Positions 1-12,319 of a DNA stretch of 64,000 bases are shown one piece after another. This DNA comes from Isurus oxyrinchus (taxonomy: Eukaryota): positions 4,774,001 through 4,838,000 of the forward strand of contig JANJGN010000038.1 in assembly GCA_026770705.1 (NCBI GenBank). The letters run 5' to 3'. Position numbers and translations under genes: made by a program. The notes beneath the pieces were generated by a model. The model worked only from the letters and a program-made list of their open reading frames with translations, was not told the origin of the DNA and did not search any database. How positions within the stretch are numbered: the first letter of the stretch is position 1; every line of letters starts with the position of its first letter.

Positions 1-419
1 AACCACCTCGTGAGGTGACGCTTCTCGCCGCTGCTGTAACCTGGGAGCGACAGTTGCGGTACAAGGTGGGACAGAACGAGACAGGTGCACTTCCGGCTCT
101 AATGGCGGCTCCTTATCTCCAACTGTGTGGTGACAGAAGAAAAAGGCTGAATGCAAAGTAGGGCAATTCTATGAGACAAAATATTCAAAGAAAATGATTA
201 AACATTTGAAAACGCTGGTGACACTACACGTTCACTCTCCAAGTGCATTTCTGGGGAACTGATTATAGAATTTATTTATTTTTTTAAATAAAGGACATGA
301 AGTAGGATCAGAACAGACAAGGGGCTGGGGAATGTTTTCATGGAAAACATGAAACTAAGGCTGCTCTTTACAAACTTTACGTGTAAACTTACGCCGTGCA
401 ACATCACCGCTTAAGAGCA

Positions 420-790
420 GACAATGGCTTAGTAGCAATGTCACTAGAGTAATTATTCAGACACTCAGGCTCATCTTTGGAGGATGCCTATTCAAATCCC
501 ACCACAGAAAGCTGGTAAAATTAACTTAACAAAATCTGAATTTATAATTCATTTCAATGATCTTGTCTGTGAATTATCAATGATTGTCACAAAACCCATG
601 TAGTTCACTGATATCCTTCAGGGAAGGAAATCTGTCGCCCTTACCTGGTCTGGCCTCTATGTGACTACAGATTGATTGTTAACTGCCCTTTGATGAAACA
701 CCCTAACAAGCCATTCAGCTCAGTGACATTTAGGGATGGACAGTTTATGCAGGTCTTGTCAGCGACGCCAACATCCTATGAAAGAACTAT
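420..790 (+). mobile_element. Deu-domain SINE (SacSINE1-like)
   Basis: tRNA-like head plus core aaaaccc...gttcactga..tccttcagggaaggaaatctg.cgcccttacctggtctggcct..atgtgact. Recurs at 26.7, 38.5 and 53.6 kb. Confidence 0.7.
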
Positions 791-1735
791 AAGAAATTTA
801 GGAAGCACGTCAGGAAACTTTAGCCCAGCAAACCCCCAAAAAGCAGCAATGTGATCCTGACGATGTCACCCCTTTTTATTATATTGACTGAGGATAGATG
901 TTCACCAACAGATCAGGCAGATCTTTAGTTTCCTCCCTTCCATCCTACTCACCTTCCTAACTTCACCCTTCCTCGGCCCTTCCTGATTTCGTTCTTCCAT
1001 TCCTCCCATCGAAATTCTTCAATATGTAATGTGAAGTTTTCACTGTCACAACTGAATGTTGTAGCCCACAACTGATACCCCACAACTGTTCTGTTATTGA
1101 GCAAATGCAGTTTGCCATTTTATACAATAGATATTGATGTTGAATCTGCAGACCGTGTATTCGGTGTCAAAAGGTGGGATGAGCCACATTTGCAATAAAC
1201 GAAATCAAAAATAAAAGTACATCTAAAAACCTCAGCATTTCTGACAGCATCTGCTAGGAGGAACACAGTTATTGTTTCGAGTCCGCATGACTCTTCAACA
1301 GAACGTGCCTGCTGTCCGAATAAACATATGCAAATGGTTGTAGTTTCTTCATCTTTGTCCCTTCCCAATGTTGACAACACATTCCACCATTAAAGTCATG
1401 TTCAGACGGAGTCTGCCGCTCTGCCAGCATGAAGTATTAATTCAGGGCACTGGGAGAGCTGCAATGCCCTTCTTGAAATATGCCAATGAATCATTTATGT
1501 GTAAAGGAGAAAGCAAACGGCGCTACAGTACAATACATTCGAAAGCTCCCACAGTTCTACACCGAAATGCCAGTCTACATTAAAAACGCAATCTCCAGAC
1601 TGGGACTTAAAATAACATTTTCTGATTCTGAGGCCAGAGTGCCACCACTGATCCACAAATCTGTAAAGGAATAACAGCAGTGCGACGGCTGATTGAAGCA
1701 GGGAATTCAGAGAATTCACAACAACTGGAGCTGAT

Positions 1736-1774
1736 AGTTTTTGTACCAGTGGTAAGGGTTTATGTAACGTGGTG
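1736..1774 (-). other. Recombination signal sequence (23-RSS)
   Basis: Minus strand: heptamer CACCACG (1774-1768), exactly 23-nt spacer (1767-1745), nonamer ACAAAAACT (1744-1736), abutting the V coding end. Confidence 0.85.
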
Positions 1775-2082
1775 CTTCATAGCCGCGCAGTAACACACGG
1801 CTGAGTCAGAGAGCTGGGTGTCTGTGATGTTCAAAGGGATGTTTGTGTTGCTCCTATCCTGTACGGCTGAAAAGCGCTTTGCAAAAGCTGGTGCATTCTC
1901 TTCATTCCCAGCCGTGTGTCTGAGCAGCATATACTGAAGGCCTTTTCCCGAGTACTGTACGTACCAGAATAGGTAAGCAGTTGTGTATGTCACTGGGTAG
2001 ATACATGACAACACCGCAGTATCACCTTCACTCACTGCTACAATTGAGGGTGTTTGGGAAAGTCTCTCCTGTTGGCCGTATT
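1775..2082 (-). CDS. T-cell receptor alpha/delta-type variable (V) gene segment, V exon
   Basis: Ig V-set pattern: (K)YGQQERLSQTPSIVAVSEGDTAVLSC...YLFWYVQYSGKGLQYML...RFSA...LNITDTQLSDSAVCYCAAMK. It has both Cys, the WYxQ motif and DSAVxYC. Preceded by acceptor ttttccag (phase 1) and followed directly by a 23-RSS. Confidence 0.9.
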
Positions 2083-2550
2083 CTGGAAAACAATAACAGA
2101 ATGTTATCAATGCAACTTTTAGATTTTTTTCATTTGGACGAAATAGGCTTTCCAATGCACACGCACACGCGCACACACACGAGCTCACGTTAAATCATTC
2201 CCTTCAATACAACGGTTGATTGCATTTCGAGTGTGAAGACAACAACAAAAACAGGGAGCTTCAGCGATTTCACCCCTCAGTTGACTGATCCCAGGCCATC
2301 ATCGGTGTAATTTCCTTCTGGCAGTGTTCAGCCAAGGCTACCGTTTCTGCTGGAAATAGAGAAGCCCTTCTCCGGCCCGCTGAGACAGTGACAGGTCAGC
2401 TTGTGACTAATTTAGATACTGTACGAACACTCACTGACCAGTGAGCGAAGCCAAGGAAGCTGACCTCACCAATGGAGTGAAGAAAAATTGGAGGAAAAAT
2501 AACAATACAGTTAACAAAATAAAAGCGTTACAATCGCATGAAATACTTAC

Positions 2551-2632
2551 TTGGTTGAACATTTATGAGGAAAAGGAACACTTTGACGAATATTATTCTT
2601 GTCCAGGAGACACACTGGCGATCAGAAGACAT
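2551..2632 (-). CDS. Probable leader (L) exon of the TCR V segment
   Basis: ATG at 2632-2630 gives MSSDRQCVSWTRIIFVKVFLFLINVQP plus 1 nt, then a consensus donor GTAAGT. Phase 1 matches the V-exon acceptor. Hydrophobic core present. The implied intron is 468 nt. Confidence 0.6.
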
Positions 2633-5600
2633 GTTGAAGTTGTATCCTGTGTCAGAATTCCATGCTGTATGGAAGTATGTGATGTATATTCAAGACATTT
2701 GTTACATCCTACCACCACGTTTAGCTGCACATGAGTATGGCTCCGAGATTTACAAACAACACAAAAATTGCAAATGTAAGTTTCCTGAGTTTGATGTCTT
2801 CCACCAGCCGATAGGTGCGATGCTGGCAGGGGTGGGGCAGACAAACAAAGGCAACGAATCAAAATTTTAAAAAATCCAAATTCATATCTATAGCCCGGCC
2901 TCAATATCGAGGTACATCAATGGCATTTGTTAGTTAATAGACACAATTGATCTTTAATATTTCATTGACTCCAATAAATGCTGTTCCTTACCAGATGCAA
3001 GTTGTGTGATGGACACCAATCTAACATTGGTGTCATGGACACTCATATAACAATCAACACTGCGCATTGTTATTCAATGCAGAAAGAATACACTTTGGTT
3101 TTTGTTCGGACAGAACTTGAGTATTTCTGAAAAAGAGACAGGTCTCAGCTTATCACCCTGCACTCATCAGGAAACTCGCAAGAATAAAAATACATGGGAG
3201 GGGGGAGCACAATTTATACTGTATGTGAGGAGAATGATGATTGGTTGGCAAGTGGCATTTCCCTGAATAATGCACCACCTATGGAGAAGGACAGTTAACT
3301 GCCAAGAATTGTTTGAAATTTAAGCCAGACAGCTTGACCCTGATAGGTTCAGGCTGACTCGTTTCTCATGATGATGAAGAAGAAGATGAAGATGATATTG
3401 CTGATCTAACTGGTTTGCTCTCCGGAGGTCCGGCAAAGACTGTGTATGTCGAATGCCTCCCTCCCCGCCCCCACCATTCCGCCACCACCCCCCCCCAACC
3501 CCGCCACCACAGCGCCCCCCTCCCCTCCTTTCCGGCTCCGTGCTGTAATGAGACTGGTGAATCTGGTTGCACCAATCTATGGCAGAGCTACCCAGCCCCA
3601 GTTAGGTGGACCAAAACTGAGCACAGTTCTCCAAATGTGTTGTTAGCAAAATCTTATATATTTGCAGCAAAGCTTCGTTACACTCCTTATCCAAACCTCT
3701 TGCGACGGCTTCACAAACACTGTTGATTAGTTTTTGTTATTAACCAGTTTGAACTGAGAAAAAAAACATAAAGACATTGTTCTCCTGCATATTTTTGGCT
3801 TTTCCCTTTCTCTCTGTACGTATTTAATTCGAAGACTGACAGAGAGCTATAGATACAAAATGGCAACTGAAAAAAACACTATGTTCCTCCGAGTACTGAA
3901 TTAAAAGTGAGGGATGGATTTAGTCTTCATTGTATTGAATCGGAGCTAATCCATTGCACAGCTATGAATTCCATGTCAGAGCAATAATCGATCTAGAAAC
4001 AACCCTGGCCTAATTAAGCAGAGCAAGAGCGAGAATATTCATCACACAGAGAGATCAAGGCGAGCAAATGAATAAAAAAAGAGCTAAGGATAGAGACAGA
4101 GTCAAATAGACAGAGATAAATTGAAGGAGAGTCCTAGACAAAGGAAAGGGAAACAGGCATAGAAACTGACAATTAGTGGAAAGAAGCTGTACATTCATTT
4201 CACAATTCCATCTCATTATTCATTCATAGTTACTGGGAGACAGCACCTTCTGAAATTATATAAAGTCCTTCAATAGTTCAGAGTGTCCCAGGTTGCTTAA
4301 CGACAAGGGCGTATCTAGTGAAGTATAGTCACTCCTTTAATCTAGTGATAGAGTTAGAGGAAAATACAGAATCTGTTTAAATAACATCTTAAGAAAGAGA
4401 TATAAACGTGATTTTTTCTTTCCATGTATTTACGATGCTTGATGAAGATCCAGGAGATGTAAAGGTCTTTTGAATTTTCAACTTCTGCTCTGTTAAAATT
4501 TCACTCGTACAGCATGAAATTCACAGAAATTTGGAACAAAGAATCAGGCCTGTAAGTATTCTCCAATCAATAAGATGTTTAATTTTTTATGTTCTAAAAG
4601 CGCAAGGAGAAGTTAAGGAAGTTAAACAATTATAATGAAATCCTTTGAATGATTATAACTGCTGCAAGCTGGAGGGGTCGTTGGATACCCGCTTCTTAGT
4701 TTATTGTCAGAGAAACCAACGGATCTATGATCAAAGGTAATTAACAGCTCTCAGTTACTCTCAGGCAGCATAAGTCATGCTTCCTGCTCCAGTGAATCTT
4801 GTCATCTGCTACTTGATGACATAGTTTAACCGTAGACCACAAAACGTTAAACGAAAACTTATGTGTCACATTCCCACCTCCTTGCATAGGAAGAGCCAGA
4901 TTAAAATAACCTGGCATCAAGGCGGAGATAAACAGACTCTTGGTCAAAAAAAAATGTTGAAGATCTGAACTATAATAACACAGGCGGGCATGCGCACAGG
5001 CACTTGTCAAAGAGGCTACACAAACAAACACACACACGTACACACATAGGCGCGCTTGCACACACGCAAACACGCACGTACCCACACAACCACATGCATT
5101 TCGACATCAACACGTATGTATCTGTCTATATTTTATGTCATTTTAAATGGAAATAGAGGCGGACAAACTGCAAGAACATTGGCTGCTATTTTGACTTATT
5201 TTATTAATGCACAGTCTATCAAAATGGAGAACCCAACAACACTGTCAGGGTGCAAGGAGGAGGGGAGTAAACATTGCTCATACACCCGTGATACCACCAC
5301 CACCGTGTATCGCTAGTGGTGGCGCTGCAGTTGTTCCCTCAAACAGTTCAGGTTCATATTCACTTAACAAAAGTTTACATTCAAGCAGTTACCAAGACCA
5401 TAAGGATCCCCAAACACAGGCTTTTATGCCTAACATTTCAGAAGGCACACACAACAGTATTAAGTTGATCTTTTATATACCGCTTGGTGATGAATATCAA
5501 GGTCACCTGCTCAACGACTATCTATTACTCTTTGGTCCAGTGACTGATCAGTTGCCAGTCACATCTGTGTCCACAATTAGCTACACGTGACGGCTGGCTA

Positions 5601-6802
5601 AGTTAGTTTAATAGAAGATACCAGTACAGGCATGAACAAGGAGCAATGGATGGTGAGGGAAATCCTCAATTTACATAATTTAAAAATGCTTGCAAATCTC
5701 CAGACTCTGAACAGCATCTTTCAACTCATGTCACTCAAAAATAAATATAGTAAACTGGATAGATCCTAGAATAATTTTAATTCTAAACACCAATCGTTAC
5801 TCTTCCAGGGGCTTGAAACTATTTTCGTGTTTGCAAATTCGATGCCAATTCTGTTTCTTTCTGGAAGCTATTGTAATATTTTCGATAAGCAACCAATTGA
5901 GGTCCGAAATTGCTCTAAGACTTCGATAGCTCAAACTATGTGACACAATAGTGACCTAACAGCACAGGAAGGACTTCAAATTCCCATGAGTCAATTTTCA
6001 AAACGTTCTATATCCTCTTTTTCTAGAGTCATATAATGATGTAAATTATAGATCAGGCATTTTTTTCTCTCTAAGAGATATTCTGAAAAAATATATCTAT
6101 ATATTCCAGTGCTCTCCCCCCATTACTCAAGGACGTTCGTGTCTCATTGTGAAGGGCAACTATGCACAGCCCATCTCAGAGCTGGAACAGGTGCATGATA
6201 TCCCTTTCGCAGTGATATTTGCTGGTTGAAATCCCACAGAAACGCCAAACAGATATTTGACCTCTTAACAATGTGAATACTCTAGTGCATAAGCAGAAAG
6301 TAACGCCTGGCCACAGCCCGGACTGTTGCATGTCCACTCTTTGGTATCGCTGTGTCAATGAGTCACCAAGTGAAATGGAAGATTGAAGTCATTGGGAGTG
6401 GGTAACAGCTACTCACCGGTGTGGTTGTATGTATGAGACAGTATTGAGGAGGGGCAGTTCTTGCTCTTACTGTACCTGAATGCAATTATGCCTTCATTGG
6501 TGGAACGTGTGAGTGAACCTGGATCTAAATGGTGATTAAGCAATTAAGCCTCATCGCTTGGTCTGCATAGAGCCACTAGAATCTCAGCAGGTTGGACAGT
6601 AGGTGAATTCTCTCCTGCACACATGGCAGGCTAATTACACAGCCCAGGTGTGGACTTATAGGTTTCTCAGCAGGTCACGAAGTCTGAACCCATTTCCAAA
6701 GCAAAATGGACTCAAATTAAACTCTCAATTCTCCATCACGCTATAGACAGTGCAGTTTATGATGAAAGAGATGGGGGTTTTACCAATGGCCACTAGGTCA
6801 AA

Positions 6803-7720
6803 GGGAGGAGTTTTGTCCTCATCGGGCGGGCACAGAGAGGTGGACAGGAGCTTTCCGGAACGCGACTGCCAGCCCGTGATCAGGGCCGGAAAGCGATTTC
6901 ACGCTGGCAGGTCAATTAAGGGCCACCCCGCGTGAAACTCAGCTGGTGACAGGTTGGAGGGGCCGAGCGGGAATGGGAGCCTCTCGGCCACCGGGTCCAA
7001 TGGCGATCCGGCCGCCAGTTTGAAAACGGCCCAGGCAGCCCCAGGAAGGCTGCTGGAGAATGACGTCTGTCTGCTGTTGCAAAGATAGACTCCTGTGCGG
7101 CAGCAAACACCAGGCGGGAGGGCATGTTGTTTGGGCATTCGGCCCCCAGTTTTACTGAGGTGTGCCTCGCTGACCTCATGGAGGGCGTGGCTGCCGGAAG
7201 GGACACCCTTGTCCGAAGAGATGGAAGGAGGACACCTCCAAACCTCACAAAGAAGCATTGGGAGGAAGTGGCAGCCTCGGTGAACAGCCATAATGCACAC
7301 CTGGGTGCAGTTCCAGAGGCGTTTGATTGACCTGCTACACTCGGAAAAGATGATTGCTGTGTTGGCATCAGTCAGTGTGTGGAATTGTTTTGAACTAGCC
7401 GCCCTCCCCATGCAGTTCAGCGTGTCAGGACCTGAGTCCTAACTGTCAATCACTCCGGCTCAGGCCAAGTTGCTGAGTTTTGGCTGCTTTGACTGAGTGC
7501 CATGCGAATCACCGGCCATGATATGGATGTGGCCTGCAAGGCGCCTGAAGCTGGGGTTCGCCAGGCTGTAATGGCGCTGCATGTTGGATGTGGACTAATG
7601 AATGCTCCTCTGTGCTTTCAGGAGAAGGCAGCCCGTAACAACATTGAGAGGCCACGGACTGGCGGAGGACCCCTACACCTTTCAACATCGCTGTCTCTGG
7701 CGATGTAGCGGCCTCCAGCC
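6803..7720 (+). mobile_element. PIF/Harbinger-type DNA transposon remnant with disrupted Myb/SANT-like gene
   Basis: GC-rich island. APSFTEVCLADLMEGV...TKKHWEEVAASVNS, a frameshift, WVQFQRRLIDLL, then an intron and EKAARNNIERPRTGGGP. This is the Myb/SANT trihelix pattern of Harbinger accessory proteins. Confidence 0.7.
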
Positions 7721-8367
7721 AGGGCTCCCCTTGCTGTGATCATCTCCGACTATGGAGGGTTGTATCTATAAATCATTCCTTCTCTGCTCCCTTAGCTTGG
7801 CCAAACCAGACATTTAAATCAGCGTTGAAAAAACTCTGAAGATGACAAAAGATTTAATTCTTTAAGCAAACACCCAGAATTTGAACTGAATTCTGATGAC
7901 AAATACGTTTCCTTCACTCCACCTTGTTCTAAAATCTCAACTGAGCTTCACCGATCCTCAAGTGATACACAAGGTCTGTTACCACTGAGAAATGCAATTT
8001 AACTACCTGTTAGCTCCAAAACTTACCTTAATCTTGGGAAACTACGTAACAAGCTTTTTATTTACTGGAATAACTTCAAAGGTCCTGCCTCCTTGTCCTT
8101 AGCTAATTAAAAGCGCCCACATTATCATGATCTTGTAATTTTAGCTGTGAGCCTCTTAGGTCAACATGGCTCCAAACTTTTAAGAATAATAAACTTCAAA
8201 GTTGGTTAAATTGCATTTAATTTACGGCTGCTTTTACCAGTTTTTGCCACCAGATATCCCCTCTGCCTACAGTTAAATCTTTAATTCCTAAAACTAACAA
8301 TTGGATTGAAAATCAGCTGAATTATGACACTAGCCATGGGTAACAGAAGGTGAATTTTTCACCGCAG

Positions 8368-8960
8368 TATCAGGTACAAATTTACTATTAAACTGGTATA
8401 CCAGTTCCAAGGTCAGAGTTAGACCGGGGCTTCAGGTACATATTCACGTTCAAATTGGGGTATCCGGTACAAAGCCACTGTTAGACTGAATTATCAGTTA
8501 GAATAGCACTGATAGACTGGAATGTCATGTACATGGTCAATGTAAGATTGGGATATCAGTTACAACGTCACTGTTGTACTCGATTATCAGTTACAGCGAA
8601 GTTTCGGGTACAAGGCGAATAGGATACCACATTTCAATCCCATGGTCACCGTTTGACAACAGTATTTGTAGGAAGCCCACTGATGGACCTATGCATAATT
8701 CAAATGAGCACTGTATGACCAGGTATTAGTTGCATGGTCACTGTAAGTCCGTGGTATCAGGTACAAAGTCATTTTAGATTGTGTAGTGTCATTCACATGG
8801 ACACTAATATTCCATGGATTTCAATTACAGGGTTTAGTTACACCGGGGCATCATTTTCCAGGTCAGCTTTAAAGTTAAACTCTCATATCATTTCCATGGT
8901 AATTGTTGATCCATAGCATCAGTTTTACGTTTACTGTTAAACCAAGCAGTTTCAAAACAT
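8368..8960. repeat. Degenerate tandem repeat, about 31-bp unit
   Basis: Units such as tatcaggtacaaatttactattaaactggta / tatccggtacaaagccactgttagactgaat / tatcagttacaacgtcactgttgtactcgat. Confidence 0.75.
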
Positions 8961-9480
8961 CAGTCTATAATTTCCCTTTCTGATCACTAGACAATGATCA
9001 ACTATGCATCCTTTTGGACAGTTACTGCTTCTGACCATACTCTGGCACTTGTGTTCATCCCCTGAGAAATTAATTGAAACCATGAAATTGTTTGGCAGCA
9101 TTTTATCTCCGGAATAATCAAAGCTCTGGATTTGAGTCTGTTTTTCTTTTCTTATCTGTGCTGCAAGCCTGCAGAATTCCATAACCTGTTTATCACAAAA
9201 GTGGCTGACGTCACGTGCTTGCTTTGAATAAATTATCTTGACAGGAATGCCATGTAGTTTTTAGTATATTTTTTCCATACAAAGTGATGGGATGAAAGGG
9301 TTAAGGCATCTTGTTTGTTAAGTGACTGTAATTAATGCCAGCCAGTGTATTGTTTAATTGAATCACCAGGCCTCTCCTCCGCCTATATCTAGGCAATGTT
9401 TTCAATGTGTATATCAGTGTTTGACAGAGTGTGGTCGCCAGTATAAACAGCGATCATTGGATCTCACAGCAAATGAGATC

Positions 9481-9577
9481 ATGTTCTTTGAAATTCCAAC
9501 TGAACTTCGGATTGTCTGGGTGATTTATGATTTGCAAAGGATTTACTATCCGCTCCTCGCTGCTGTTGGCATTCCTG
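9481..9577 (+). CDS. GPCR gene 1 (GPR139/142-like orphan class A), exon 1
   Basis: MFFEIPTELRIVWVIYDLQRIYYPLLAAVGIP + G, then donor GTGAGT. The IYYPxxAAxGIP motif is shared with exon 1 of the other paralogs. Phase 1. Confidence 0.85.
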
Positions 9578-12319
9578 GTGAGTGATTATTTTAGAAACTT
9601 ATTTTATAAAACATCTTTCACCATGTTTGTTGTCCTTGCCCTTAACGTAAGTTAATTAATTTTATTCTCTGTAATTCTTGTGTCCTGTGACATGTAATGC
9701 CCTGTGCTTCTGTGAAGTAGCATTTCAGCAGTTGCTGATTCACTGTTCACAGTTCATTGGACCGTTTGTATATCTCAAGACTTGCTTCAAATGATTTTTT
9801 TCTTCAGAATTTGGCTGGTATAATATTTTATGCAATAAATATTAGTGATGAATTATAGCTATTGAACAGCTGCAGTCTGCTGTTTAAACTGAACCCCAAT
9901 ATCTGAGCAGAATATGTTGCGCAGGTATTGGTTTTGCAGTGCGATGCAGATAGTAATTTGCACTGATCTGCGGAAATTAGGGCAGACAGGAACGAGGGAA
10001 GATCTCACATAATAATTCAGCTCCAGGCAAACTCCGTTCCACCATCTCCCGCTTTGCCTAACAATAACTAAATTTAGATATTTAGGAGAGAATTTAAAAT
10101 GTAATAATTGTTCAACAATATTTGCTCCCCTCACCAACAATTGGCTCCGTTCCCATTTCTGTCCACAGACCTAATTCCCTTCCCTTGTCTCTGCATGACG
10201 TTATTTAGAGCTGCAAATCATTATCCTCCTCTCAAAGTTTTTTTTTTCAAAATGTGTCCTTGGGAAATGGATGCTTGTGACAAACTTCCATTTATTACCC
10301 ATCCGGAAGTGAGCTGAGAAGTTGTGCTGAGTCTTCTTGCTGAGCTGAAGTATTCCCTCTGCTGACTGTGCTCCTACCTGCTGTTAGGGAATTCAGGAAC
10401 GCTGATGAAGGGAGATGTTACCGTTCCAAGTCAGGATGGTGCGTTAGAGAAGGTCAATCTCACGGCATTGCACACCTTCTGCATTTTGCTGTGCTGGTAC
10501 GTGCTGTCGAAGTAGCCCCGGTGTGTTGTTGTAGTTGATTCTGTAGACATTCTTCCTTCATCCACAGAGGTGGAGGTGGAGAAATAGCAAGTTTAATGAT
10601 GGACGGACACTGATGGAAAATCTATTCCATTATTGAAGGTGATTCTGCTTATTGGGTGTTGCTCTGATAACCATACTGATGAGTAGTGAGCATTCCATTA
10701 TGTTTCAGATGTGAGATTTCCAGGCGTTTGATTGGGTTGGTGGGAGGCATGGTGTAGGGTGTGGGTGGAGGGGTGGCTGCTGGTGGGGACTGGTTCACCG
10801 TACTCCCACCAAACTGCTGAACACCGAACTTCCTCATCATGTTCCTCAGTTGCTGATATAGTTAATAGTTCCATCTGCTTAGCCACTGTTCTTTGCTGCT
10901 CCATTCTGTAGTCATTACCCCTGCCCTTGTAAATAAACAACCCCTGTTGCCTCAGTCTTTGTAAGCAAACACTCCATCTCTAACCTCTCTTTCCTCTACA
11001 AATTCCTTGTCCCTGCTGCTACCCCCCACGTTTCTGCCCCATCTTCCAGGGACACCATGCTTAAATCTTTCTAACCATTTTTCTACCTTATTACAACTCT
11101 TACACCGTCCTTAGCAAAGGCACAAATTATATCTTATGTGACTCTGCTAATGTCGAGCTGCCTCTCTTCCCTTTTGTCGACATGTCTGCAGCCTTTGGCA
11201 TGGGTGACCACAATGAAATATTAAGAGTTTCATGTTCTGAATTTCCTCCTAAATCCTTTGTCCTCGCCACAAACTTATCATCCTTTAAGATAATTCTTAA
11301 AATGTGTTCTTTATTGTTATTCACCCTAAGCCAGTCTTCTTTGACCTGATCTCCATTTCGCTCTTGTGTAATTTCCCTCTATCTGCAGCTAGTGTCTGGA
11401 GTCCATTGCCGTGAAATTAATACTGACTATATCATTAACCGGAACTCCTGATGCCAACAGTGGTGAATATTGCAATGTCTGCCGCTCTGCATATCAGGAC
11501 CGATCTGAAATCTTGATCCAGGAGCATGCATGGTAATTTCCCATGAACTTTAAACTTCAGATGGGCAGATTTGTATTGCCCAGGCCCCTCTAACAATGAC
11601 TCCAATACTGACTTTAGTGTTGGACTGTTGTGCCTGTTGTGTGACAGATGCTTGGCGTAGTATTTTCCCGCTATTAATTTCTAGCATGTGTCAGTGAATA
11701 ACTTTCAAGCAAAGCCCATGCACGCCCAACCCCCACCTACAGAACTCCCACATTCATCCCACACACAACAACCCACAACACCCCCAACTACTGACCCCAG
11801 AATATCTAATCTGACTCGATTGCCTTCCCCTCGATCCACTTGCACAGCTCTCACTAGCCATCGCCCGTCCATTCAACCCCCAACCGACTGCAAAGCACAT
11901 TAGCTACTCACCCATCCCGATCCCAACTGCTGACCACCCGCCATCTACGCACCTCGTACACAGCTCATTTCCCCCACCCCGCTATGGAGGCAAGAAAAAC
12001 AAGCTGCAAGGGTGGAAAAAGATACGGCTTTAATTACATTTACAATCAGCGCTGGTTATCCGAGTATCGCCACCAAATAGGAGGCCAGGACCATTAATTT
12101 TATGAATTATCTGACATATTAATTTAAACATGCATCAAAGCCCTGTGTTAATATTGCACCAGAATCTTCAGTTTCCCTGAGATAATAACACAGAAGAGTT
12201 TCATTCTATCCTCATCCAGCGTTTAAACAGTCGAGAAACTGGTAAAAATTGTAAATTTTCATAATTTGGCTGCTCGGGTACACAATCTAGAGAAAGCTAA
12301 CATGCAATATGTGTTATTA

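Noticed and set aside
420-510. tRNA-like A/B-box sequences (also about 26700, 33430, 50200)
   Set aside because: These are SINE heads; no complete cloverleaf.
3366-3726. Acidic/proline-rich ORFs
   Set aside because: Produced by a GAA/GAT microsatellite and C-rich low-complexity DNA; no recognisable domain.
3097-3760. Nonamer-like GGTTTTTGT (3097) and AGTTTTTGT (3729)
   Set aside because: No heptamer at 12 or 23 nt spacing and no adjacent D/J coding sequence.
8368-8960. Regularly spaced repeats as a CRISPR-like array
   Set aside because: Contiguous diverged units with no unique spacers, vertebrate context, and no cas genes.
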